Part shown: positions 13,901-26,400 of the stretch, piece by piece
Layout of the letters: each line of letters begins with the position of its first letter
Position numbering within the stretch: position 1 is the first letter of the stretch
Assembly: GCA_030141605.1 (NCBI GenBank)
Contig: JAQGDQ010001115.1
Location: 1 to 61,763 of the forward strand
Source of the DNA: Tubiluchus corallicola
Lineage: Eukaryota; Animalia; Priapulida
Reading direction: 5' to 3'
DNA length: 61,763 bases
Translations under genes and position numbers: made by a program
Notes under the pieces: model-generated
What the model was told of the DNA's origin: nothing
The model's database searches: none
The model's input: the letters and a program-made list of their open reading frames with translations, nothing else

Positions 13901-16900
13901 ACGCATAGCAGGAACGTAAACTTCTGTAGCTTAACTGTAATGAATAATTTTAAAGCCAAATGAATCACTACCGTCATCCCCTCATTAACTAACTACGTAA
14001 TTATCCGAATGCACATGGTAGTATAATAGTGTAGGTAAGAAGTAGATACTAACATGTTTTAGAGTAATTTCACAGTAATTTTAACATGTTTTAGAGTAAT
14101 TTCACAGTAATTTCTAACATGTTTTAGAGTAATTTCACAGTAATTTCTAACATGTTTTAGAGTAATTTCACAGTAATTTCTAACATGTTTTAGAGTAATT
14201 TCACAGTAATTTCTAACATGTTTTAGAGTAATTTCACAGTAATTTCCAACATGTTTTAAAGTAATTTCACAGTAATTTCCAACATGTTTTAAAGTAATTT
14301 CACAGTAACTTCTAACATGTTTTAGAGTAATTTCACAGTAATTTCTAACATGTTTTAGAGTAATTTCACAGTAATGTCTAATTTGTTTTAGAGTAATTTC
14401 ACAGTAATTTCTTACATGTTTTAGAGTAATTTCACAGTAATGTCTAATTTGTTTTAGAGTAATTTCACAGTAATTTCTTACATGTTTTAGAGTAATTTCA
14501 CAGTAATGTCTAATTTGTTTTAGAGTAATTTCACAGTAATTTCTTACATGTTTTAGAGTAATTTCACAGTAATTTCTAACATGTTTTAGAGAGTTGTTCA
14601 GTACGGAACTGGGCGCAGACAAATAGAGAAATTAGAACTAACATTTATGACTGTAACTCAATATTACGTCTAAGATATTCATTATTGTATTTCAACATGT
14701 TGTCTAACATTGTACATTTGTTGTAAATAAGTAATTAATCATTTTAATAATTCGCTCTTTGCTTTAAAAATGCAGTTGCTGCGCTTTGTTTTTGCACGGC
14801 AGAATAGTGTGATATTACTATATATTACTGTATGATTACCGTATCAACCACCACAAACACAACCACAAAACAACCAACTGTATCATACAGTAATATATAG
14901 TGTATAATAGCAATTATACTGTATCATACAGTAATATATAGTGTATAATAGCAATTATACTGTATCATACGGTAATATATAGTGTATGATAGCAATTATA
15001 CTGTATCATACAGTAATATACAGTGTATAATAGCAATTATACTGTATCATACAGTAATATATAGTGTATAATAGCAATTATACTGTATCATACAGTAATA
15101 TATAGTGTATAATAGCAATTATACTGTATCATACAGTAATATATAGTGTATAATAGCAATTGTACTGTATGATAGTATATTACTGTACGATGTCGTACCA
15201 TTTTTGAGCGTTTGTGGGGTAAACAATGCAAACGCTGCAGCAGCTGTACGAATTTCTCTCATGAGCTTTAGACAGGATAACGACGCGCCACGTTTTCATT
15301 ATTACTGACTTAGTTCCGCAGGAAGTTGTTCCGCGTTGCTTGTTAGAGCAAACAAAACGTCGTAAAATAGACTCTATTACTGCACGAAATACGAGTTAAT
15401 TCCTTCTGCTTAAACTGGACGGGACTGGATAGACTACACGCAGGACCTATTTCAGCCTAAGCGAGGCCCGGGGAAGTGGGGTGTGTGAGGCCTCATGGGG
15501 GGGGGGGGCGGTCGCCACCATGGTTGGCGGCCAGAAAATTTTTTAACTGCTAGAACGCTGGAGAGGCATTTTGGAAGAGAAAATATGGAGTTATACAGTA
15601 TGCTCGCATAAAGCAAAAAAATAATGTTACCTCGGCGCGAGGCCCCCCTGGACAGTGAGGCCCCGGGAAAGTATCCCCACTTCCCCCCTTGAAATAGGCC
15701 CTGACTACACGGTAAAATTCACGAAAGTAAGATGCAATACCTACAGCCCATATAAGACGCGCTTTTGAAATTTAATTATTAATTCGCTGTATTTGTTACT
15801 AAATAATCGATTTAAACGCTAGAAGATTTATTAGCATCACTCTCCAAGAGAAAAAAGTTAAACGAAGTCTGAAAATCGAACTCGGGGCCTTGTGAATTTT
15901 GAAAAGACGTGCTAACCATTAGACCACCGAGTCCGAACAGACCAACTGTCTCAACTGTTTAGTCAAATTTTGTAAGTTGTCCATAGAATGTTAGTTATTA
16001 AAATGGTTTGTGATGAGCATTAGAGCTGAACGAATGGACTATGTGCAATCAGCTGGTGTAATGGTTGGGGCATTCAACCTGTAATCAGAAGGTCCTGGGT
16101 TCAATTCTTGAAGCAAAACCGGATCCAATCTTAAAATGTAGGTCAAAACAATCCACTCTTTAAAGTATTTAAAGGAAACATACTATTTTCTTCAACAATG
16201 GCTTACGTGAAAGATTTATTACCACACAAACACAATTTCACGTTCGCGTTACTGTTTTTTCGCAGGTACATGCATTTCGCCATTTCGCTAGTTAGATGGA
16301 CACTAATGCCTACATTTCAGAAAGTCATTGCACAAAAAAGCTGCTGTACCTCTCAGTTCAGATGTGTTAGTTTGTGACGCACTACACTCGTTCATGCGTG
16401 AGCACAGCGGCAAATTTGAAATAGATTTTTTTCTTAAAACTTGCCTGGTTTTAGTACAACACACTGAATATCTTACAGTAGCGCTGTACTTCAATTTTCG
16501 CTTTTGCAAACACGTGCAATACGCTCGTGGAATATTTTTAATGTTGAAAATTATGTTAGTTTGTGATGCCATCAATAGTTGGGCTCGTCCGCAGTTAACT
16601 AAGTTGTTAATCTGTTATTTAATTATCAGAAACGCATCTTTAAAAACAACAGCAAAAACGACAAAGTTATACTGGAAGGAGTAAGTAGAGTAAACAAACA
16701 ATTAAGAATAAGAAAAATAACAACAATGGTGTAAGTGACCAGACGAGACATGGTGTAAGTGACCAGACGTTTAATGAAAAATCGTTAGGGTCGGCGATCT
16801 GGTATATAGTTAAACATGCATTACAGAAAATAGTTTTCATAGTTTCGTTGTGCGCATGCGCATTTGCTGTAGGTCGAAGGTTAAGTGTACCACAGCAACG

Positions 16901-17447
16901 CGTCTTAACTACAATCGTCAGGTGACATGCGGGTAAAGCAAATCATCAGTTCAGTACCTTCAGTTGTTTAACGTGAACTTTACTTAATTATGTACTACTC
17001 TGTGCGTAGAGTGATTTACTAGCAGGAGTTTGCTTGAGGACAATAAAAAATTAAGTAAGTAAGATTTTAGTTAACTGTTAACACTGTTACTATTACAATA
17101 GCTTGAGCTGCGAGGTGTTGTCAAGTGTAAACAAATTTGTTGTCTGGTACACTTAACCTTTGACCTTTTCACGATCATCATCAATCACCAGAACTACGAA
17201 ACGGTTTATTAGTGTATGCTACACGCAAATATTTGTTCTCTAATATGTGCTAGATGTCAAGTATTGTATAGCTAATAATGTTTATTAAATATGTATGTCG
17301 ATTCCCTAAGCTAAACATAAGAGGAACGATGTAGTATGCTCCTATAATAGTTTTAGATTCATTTGTTACGCCTACCGGTGGGACCTAGACCAACCTCGTT
17401 TTTACAAATGATTGAAAACCAATGTGTGTGTTTCCTGCTTAGGCGCC

Positions 17448-17478
<31 letters not shown>

Positions 17479-20400
17479 ACTGTTGCACAGAGCCTTTATC
17501 CTTTATTAGAACATTCCACTATTTCCTGTCTGCAGCTAAAATTTTTTTTAATTCCTGTGATGCTGTTGTTAGGTTTGATTTCAGTTGTTGTAAATCTTTA
17601 TTAATTCTTGATATGCAAGTTGTTTATGGTTTTGCCTGGCGGTCGTTTGGTAGGTTTCAATGCTAATCTTACTGGTGTTGTTTCTGGCAATCTCACTAAA
17701 TGTCCTACCCATCTTAATCTTCTGATTCTGATTTTAGTGCTCGAATGTTCTTCGTTGGTTCTGTTATACAACTGCTTATTTGAAATTATATATGTCCATT
17801 TATTTTTGAAGAAATGATGATGATGATAAGTCTTTATTAGCCTCTTTTTGCAGGCAAAAATATCTGTACTACCATTATAAATTTTGAATAGAGTGAATTC
17901 TACAATATTATATTTACGGATTCTGTAATTTACTTTTCTAATTTGTGCGTATAACATTTCTTACAGTGATATTAAACAAGAAGTATTGAACTGCGTGCTA
18001 AAGTCAAGGTTATTAATGCAGCAAGTTTCCTGGGAAGTAACATAAAAATGCAGATAAATTGATATACCAAATTAGTAAATTCCAATTCAATGTTTAAATC
18101 CACAAAGTTACAATCAGTAATCTCAAGAACTACACAAATTTAATCTCTATTTTACTAAAAATTAACAACAGGATCTTAAAATAAAAGGGTCCTTTACAAA
18201 GTAGGTTAGTACCGATATTAAATTTTCATTTTTGGTCCAATACACAAGATTTAAATTCTCATTTCCCAGTTCGTTTAGTAGTACATTTCGCCTATTTGCG
18301 TCGACTCGAAGACATCGGTATATCAGGTGTTCTGGATTCTGGGCTTTAAAGGAAGACAGGATGACTTTTCATATACTACCTTATTTTCAAGTCCCATAAA
18401 AAGTATACATTTTAGCACAATTAATACCGAAAAATACGTCTCTGATAATTAAATAATAGATTAAAAACTTGCGTAACAGCGGGCGTGCCCAACTATTGAT
18501 GACATCACAAACTAAGATTAAGTCCGGTTTTGTTTAAGATTTTTCTGAGTAAGGCGCAAATAATTATGTTCCTCTATTATTATCGTTTTAGAGTAGAGTA
18601 ACTATTATAGCATCCCGGTCTTAGATATTGCAAACTTTCAACTAGAAGATTCCCCTCATTGCCCACTTCAGGCAGGGGCGTATGAAGACTTTACGACGCC
18701 CTAGGCTGATAGTTCTCTCCCGCCCATCTCTATAGTAAATTTATGGTGCTTATTGTAAATTCATGTAATGAGAAGATTAAACAATTACTTCTGGTGTATT
18801 TGAAACACTTAACCGAGGTCATTGTTAATTACATGTATTTGCATAGCGCTTATATGCAAGCAGGCTGCGTAACTGCTTATTGTGTCCTTGCACCTGTTCG
18901 TTATGTGGCAGTTACATAACAGTTGAGCTCAGTAACTGCGCCCTTTACATGAACTTGAAAGTATACACATTTACCGAGGAGGATAAGAGTTTTTCTCTAA
19001 AATGTGACGCCCCTCAAAGTTCAGCACACTAGGCTATAGCCTAGCTACCCTATCCGAAGCCTACTTTCGTTACTCCTGTATAACTAGTTGTTACAGGTCT
19101 TGTCTTGCAATGATTATTTTTACGACTGACTACGTTCATCACAGCGCTGCATTTGCAGGCAGCTTGATCGATGTTAAGAAAATAAATGAAGAAATCAGGA
19201 CAATCATCACAGCTTGATAAGCAAGGCCATCGACACGACGATTACCAATTAACTTCGATCAGTCTGATTGGCTTTTTATCCCGAGAAATGCATTGGCCAT
19301 CAGATACGTGGGGACGCATCATAATGTCTCCAAGACAATATTGATTTTACATTTGTTATGGGTTAATCCGTGCCCTAGTCGTTTACCCTGCTGGATTAAC
19401 CCTTTACCCTGCTGCGTAGTTGACTGATGACAGTTTTGCTCGATGAAAATAAGCAATGAGAACAAGCATTCAACTACTGAACAGTGGCGGCTCGTAGTGC
19501 TGGGGGTGCTGCTTCAGAGAATCTTTAGCCATTGTTTTAATACTGCGTAAAATGTAACAAACATAATTATGTAATTTTAATGTTGTAGTTATATTTGATC
19601 TGGTGTTGAACGGCCTCTTTTCTTAGCTGCAACTTTCTCTTGAAGAGACAACTGTGAAAAATTAACCTGTTGTAGTTCACTTACAGTCACGGAACTTATT
19701 TCTTAGAGATGCAAGGCGTCCATTATTAAATAATTAACGTTTTAAGCATACACGCTAAGTTTACACTTTATCACGTCCAAGAATATGACGGTACACGGTA
19801 AGCGCGTGGCAATTGTCACTGTGATAAAGACAGCACTTTTCTACCTAGCAGTAGACGCTTGCGTACAGCGTGTTGTCTCAGACATGTGCGCATGACCGCA
19901 TGCGCACACCAGCCCAACACACCACTGTGCTAGGTTGTGAAGCACGTTGTACTTCCGTCACGTGCTGCGATTCCGCTCAAGCATAAAAAAGGACTAAAGA
20001 AAAAGGACATTGAATATTACCAATAATGATGAGTGGATACGGGGGTACTTATACACGAGCCGCCACTGCTGATGAATCAAAGCGTTTGTGGCGAGACCGG
20101 TATGAAGTTCATTATAATGTTTGCTGTGCCTCAAGTAAGACACGCTCAAATGGCAGAGATGCCTTTGGCAATTTCGGATGTGATGTGCGCCCTCCTGCTA
20201 CAAGTTGAACAGCCAGAATGAGCACGGCGAATGCTGCAACCCAGAGTGAGTATGGAACCAGTGGTCACCCGTCTCATTACTGATCGGACCATGCTTACCC
20301 TATCACTTCGAGGATTCCGTCAGCAATGATGAACATTTCTCTAGCAACTTCGCCTTTTCGACAGATACAGTCTCCCGGAGTGAAAATAAAAGCTTTCATT

Positions 20401-23400
20401 TTGAGCACCAGATCGTGAAGAAATTCAGGTTGACATTCCTGAAATATTGTCACCTGAAAAAACAACAATTATCACATTATAGTACAGGGCGTTCCAGAAA
20501 AAAAACTCGAGATTCGTGTAAAAGTTCACGTAAACACAAGGAGAAAATCAACTTCATAATTTTCACATGTTCTTTAGCCCTAGGTAAAACAAGCTGCAAA
20601 AATATGCACACCTTTCAGCTTTGTATGATGTATATTATTGTTTAAAGCACAAGAAAACCCTCCACTTACATAAAAAAATTCGTCTTGAAATTTATACCAT
20701 TTACATACTACCTTTTTGCTAGCAGGACTTGCGTCGGCAGTAACGCGGTATAAAACATGAAAATTTAAACTCCCACGATGACCTTTAGACTCAGCGATTT
20801 TGACGATAAGTCATTTGAAACAAGTTTAGATAACACTGAGTAAAGTTTGAAAAAATAATCAAAACATTCGTAGCGCACACGTCGCTAAATAAGTAAAATT
20901 TTAAATTACTGTATCTTGTCAATAAGATTAAAAATACGTCTTTGGCTAGTGAGTGGTGCACCCTGGAGGGTGAGTCAGCGACATGTTACCAATTGGTAAA
21001 AACATTTTAAAATATTAAAAATTTTCTTTTCTAGTTACATAAGTCTTTCTACCAGGTAAGTGAAAAGCTAAGTAATATAGATTTGCATGGAAAGTTTTTA
21101 CGGACATAATTTAACATTGCCTTTTCTTCCCTTGATTTACGGTGTGCGTATATGACGTCATGTAATGGCGGTCGGAACAGTATTGCGGGAGATTTAAAGT
21201 GAAAACATTGTACGTATATGACGTCATGTAACTGCGCGGTCGGAACAGTATTGCGGGAGATTTAAAATGAAAACAAAAAAAATTCCTTTTAACGTGAGTA
21301 CGATATACGCACAAAGTTGCCATGTCTTGTCCTTTAAAGACGACCTGGCCATACTGCTGAGTACATCAAAATGAAAGTACAAAAAATTATAATCTTGGTG
21401 GCTGTCTGGCCCGCATACTAGACTGCATTTTTAATGGTAAACCAACAATTAATGTCAGTTTATCATACTCATGTTAAAAGAATTTCCTGTTTGTTTTCAT
21501 TTCAAATACTCCAGCGAGACTGTCACGGAAGCGCCATATTAGATGACGTCACAGAACCACAACACAAATATTTATAGTACACGTGCTCAGAACTCGAGTG
21601 ATTGTCATGCCACGTGTCAGTCACATGCTGGCTTTTCAATTGGCGGACTAAATGAAACATGTCTGCGCCAACGTTTACTGCAGCGGTTGAAACATTTTAC
21701 AAAAAATTGAGTAAATGCGAAAACGTGAGTACTTCACTCGCTTAAGATTATACTTAGGTGATGTAATTTTTTATGCGAATTCTCTGAGGCTTACTTTGGT
21801 TGGCCATTTCCTCGTCCTTTAAATTGTCAACGTAATCAGTTCATTTAAGTTGGTCATCAAGCCTTGAACCGAGGTACTCACGGAAATCTGAACGATCTAC
21901 TATGTGCCACAGTAGTTTAAGTGACATTTGGAACTCTTTTCAGGTGCCCGCTGGCTTTAAGTAAAAGTGGAGTTCTTTCATTTCTACGTTGCGAAAAGTA
22001 GCGCTGACAACCCTCTGGCATAGCAATGTCTAGTCTTTTGCTGGATTATTGCTATGTTTGTCTACATTGAGAGCAGTTTATTTATTTTAGAATTTTGCCT
22101 GACTAATTTTAAGTATGTCTACAACAGATGTGATTGGCATATGTTGTTGATAATGATGATGGTGATGATGACGATGATGATGATGACGATGACGATAGTG
22201 ATAATGATGATGATGACTACGACGATTACGATGATGATGATGACGATGATGATGATGGTTATGATGATGATATTGATTATAATGATGATGAAGACGACGA
22301 CGACAAAAATGATGATGATGATGATGATGTTACGAGATTTTTCATTCATAGTTCAAGAGTCTTACGATTTTTGTCTGAGTTATTAGTAGCCAGTCTTTCC
22401 CTCTTCTTAAACCAGGGTCGGATTATGACCTTTTGGGGCCCCTAGACTAATGAAAATATGGGGCCCCTCAACAGAGTTCTTTTCTTTCGAACAAGGTGTC
22501 ACAAACAAGGGTCACTATTTTTAAATTGGGTTTTCAGACTCGCCGGGCACCCCTTTTCTAAAATTGGAATTTTGTTTTAAGTTAAACGAACCATTTAGCA
22601 ATAAAAAATATTAAAATATTATACTTATCAGTAATCATTATATTTTCAGAAAAAAAGATATTTGAAATGCGTTTAGCAGGGCCCGTCAAACTTTGGGCCC
22701 ACAAGCTGGAGGGGCCCTAGGCTGCAGCCTATACTAGACCATAGGACAACCCAGCCCCAAACTAATTTCGTATTTTAGCCTCTTGTTCTTTACGAATTGT
22801 TGATGACAAATGTATTGTATTTCTGACATACTGTAGAAACTTCCCATGGCCCTGCAGGGTTAAGCATTAGTTATCAGAGTGACGTTGTTGCAGACGTAGT
22901 TTTACTTCATCAAAATTCACCAAGATTCTGCATTTCCTGATGAGTGAATGAATCGACCATTAAGAGGTTGACTGAAATTCCCACATGACTGCCCTGTGTG
23001 TCGGTTTGTCAAGTGGATTTTGTCTTAAATCCGACAATCAGACGGTAATGGCAGGAAATGTTCTTAGTGTTGTCGTTTTCTGGTCTACTAGATATTTGTA
23101 CATCAGCAGCATCAGCAACAATAACTTTCGTCTCAACAAAGTGTTAGCTATGCAGTCATGGTCGGGTAGAATGGCACAGAACCCGAGGAGACTAAATTGG
23201 TGATGGAACAGCAAAGTAGATTGGACTGAGTAAACAGAGTAGGATAGGTTGAGGAGGAAGGTTTATATTAAATTCAGATTAGAAGCAGAGTAAATGAGGT
23301 GAGGTTAGGTTAGGTTAGGTCAGGTTAGATTAGGCTAGATTAGACAGGATTAGGTTAGGTTAGGTTAGCCTAGATTAGATTAGGTTAGGTTAGGTTAGGT

Positions 23401-26400
23401 TAGGCTAGATTAGATTAGGTTAGATTAGGTTAGGCTAGGTTAAATTAGGTTAGATTAGATTAGATTACATTAGGTTAGGTTAGATTAGATTAGATTAGGT
23501 TAGATTAGATTAGGTTAGGTTAGGTTAGGTTAGGTTAGGTTTGGCTAGGTTAGGTTAGGTTAGGTTAGGTTAGGATAGGTTAATGTTAGGTTCGGCTAGG
23601 TTAGGTTATGTTAGGTTAGGTTGTTAGGTTAGGTTAGGATAGGTTAATGTTAGGTTAAGTAGAGAGTAGTAATGAATTATTATAAATTATAAAATAACTT
23701 TTTCTGCAAATGTACAGTATATTGTTTGTTATATTTTTTAAGTTTAAGTTATATCAGTAAAATAAACCTTGTCCATTCGTTTACCTCATTGATACTGTTA
23801 CGAAGGCAGATTATGACCAACCCCCTAATGTTAGTAATGGGTATGGTTGAGAAGCCCAGTAATGCAAATGTACCTGTATAAAACAGAATGCCTGCCGTAA
23901 TTTTACGATTCCAACCTGGCCTTTCTGTCCGTTAGGGTGAATGCTGTAGGTTTGCTGATTTTTATACAAAAGTCTGTTCACATGTCATGGAGCTACTGGT
24001 TATGCATTAAAGTTTATTTTGCTTTCGTATTCTTTTTACTTTTCTCGTCTGCTGTAAAGTATTTCATAACTTGTATGCCGCTCTGTACATCCTGAGACGG
24101 ATCCGTTACATTGGTGCACATAAGTGGGATCCGAAATTGCCGCCTGGAATGGAACCCGGATCCGTTACAATACTATTATAAGGATTTAAAGGATTTACCA
24201 CAACCAATACTAAACTCAATTTTCCAAGGCAATTCAGACGAAGGAATGCAGCCTAGACGGGGCCGTAATTGAATTAAAATTCAAAGTACCTCTCCAAAGT
24301 GGGTGGGTTTTAATTTTCCCAACTGAATACTCGGCCATGTTGACGAGCCAGCATTAATGATGATGAATGGAGAGTTGGTCTTGGTAAATTAAGTCAAATT
24401 GGTCGCGTGATTCCATGGCTATGAGATTTATTTGCATCGGGTTGAATGGAGCTGAGAGTATTGCGCAGGGTTATTTATGCGGTACATTTAATCTGAGAAC
24501 AGAAAATCAGGATGGAGTTTTAGCTGTGTAAGTAACGCGAAGCATTATTTACAAGTACGTTCCTCTTTGCTGGAACTGAGCACGTGACTGCCTTGTATTA
24601 TGTAAACAAGGCTGGTTAATATAATGTCAAGCAAAGAACATTTGGTGTTATTGCAAATTAGCATAAGTATATTACTTATTATCCACGTCAACTGTAGAGA
24701 GTGCGCGGAAAGGGCGTTCATCCCCTTCTTTGAGTCTGTTTATCGGCATGTCTGATTGTCTGTCTGTCCGTGTGTCTGCCTGACTGCCAGTCAGTCAGTC
24801 TGTTGGTCGGTCGGTCAGTCAGTCAGTGACTATCAGTCAATCAATCAGTCAGTCAGTCAGTCACTCCCTCAGGCAGTCGGCCAGTTAGTCAGCCAGTCGG
24901 TCAGTCAGTCAGTCAGTCAGTCAAAAAATCTTAGTGCTGCACTTACTAACTCTGGTGTGGATTGCCATATTGCTGAAGCCTGCATTAATCACTTGATGTA
25001 CGCTAATGACATACGTCTTTTAGCAACAACCTCGACGGCTTTGCAGAGACTACTAGATATTTTTAATAAATTTGCTAAAGAATATGATATCCTTGTAAAT
25101 GTGAATAAGACTAAACTTGTCACGTTTCACTCCGCCCACATGCAGCAGTTTACTTTTAGGTCTGTTGTTTTGTAGTATAAAAGTTTTTTACCTAGTAAAA
25201 AGGAAAAAAATATCTGGGTCATATTTTATCAGAAGACAATAGAGATGATTTAGATATATTACGACAATGTTCAATTTACTATGGTAGAGCAAATAAATTA
25301 CTCATGAAGTTTGCTCACTGTCCAGTTAACTTGAAGAGACAATTGTTTAATGCTTACTGCACTACTTTTTATTCCATGTCCACTTGGAGACATTTTAATT
25401 CTTAGAATCTTAGCAAACTCAAGGTTGCATATAATGTATCAACACGGAAGCTGTTTAACTTTTCATATGATACGAGCGCCAGATATATTTCTACTAGACT
25501 TAATATTATTTATTTTGATGTGATTCACAGAAAATGTGCATACAGTTTACACGTCAGGCTGAATAAGAATAAAAATTTTATATGCAAGAACATTTTAAAC
25601 AGTGATGTAAACTTTTCTTCTGTAATTAGACGTCATTGGCGTAGTTTGTTATATCGTTAATTGGCATTTGTGTTATTGTTGTTTGTCATGATTTATTGTA
25701 TTATTTGCATTAATTTGTGATGTGTATATGAACTTTGCAAAGTTTGAAATAAAATATTAAATCAAATCAAAGTCTGCCAGTCGGTCGGTCAGTCTGTTGG
25801 TCGGTCAATCAGTCGGTCGGTCAATCAGTCGGTCGGTTCAGTCAGTCGGTCGGTCGGTCGGTTGGTCAGTCAGCCAGTGAGTTTTGGTTCAAACGGTCAA
25901 CTTTTCAGGGTTATTGTAAAATGTGAAACAAACTGAGTAAATTTTCGATCACATTGTTTAAATCTACTATGGCACTGTCACGCACCTTGTAATAACAGGC
26001 TAATCAAAATTAGGCAATCCACGAGGAGCCATCTAACGTTAATAACGTGTACTAAAATGCACAATTAATCACCAAAAATATTTTGTATTGTCGCCTAAAA
26101 TTAATTTTCAGTTTAATTTGTTAATAGCAACTCCAAATTTGCGCAATTCTGTATAATATTTTAGCTTTTGTTGTTTAGCTTCAGTAGGAAACGAATTTGA
26201 GAGTACGGCCATTTGAAGTTCTTCCCATTCTACAATCAAATGAATTCAGTCTTTGTGATGGAATATTACTTTGTCTCCCAGTGGTATGAGAAACTTTGTG
26301 TGTTGATATTTTCTTTATTGCTTGGTAAATTATCAAGACACAAATCAAAGAAATTGTATTTATTATAAGAAACATTCCCAAATGTGATCTAAATGAAAAC

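Noticed and set aside
14049-15187. 187-aa repetitive ORF, or a CRISPR array in the minisatellites
   Set aside because: Head-to-tail units with no unique spacers; the ORF is a by-product of a 33-bp unit.
16046-16109. Functional tRNA gene
   Set aside because: A/B-box-like motifs only; acceptor and anticodon stems do not pair convincingly, so it is treated as a SINE remnant.
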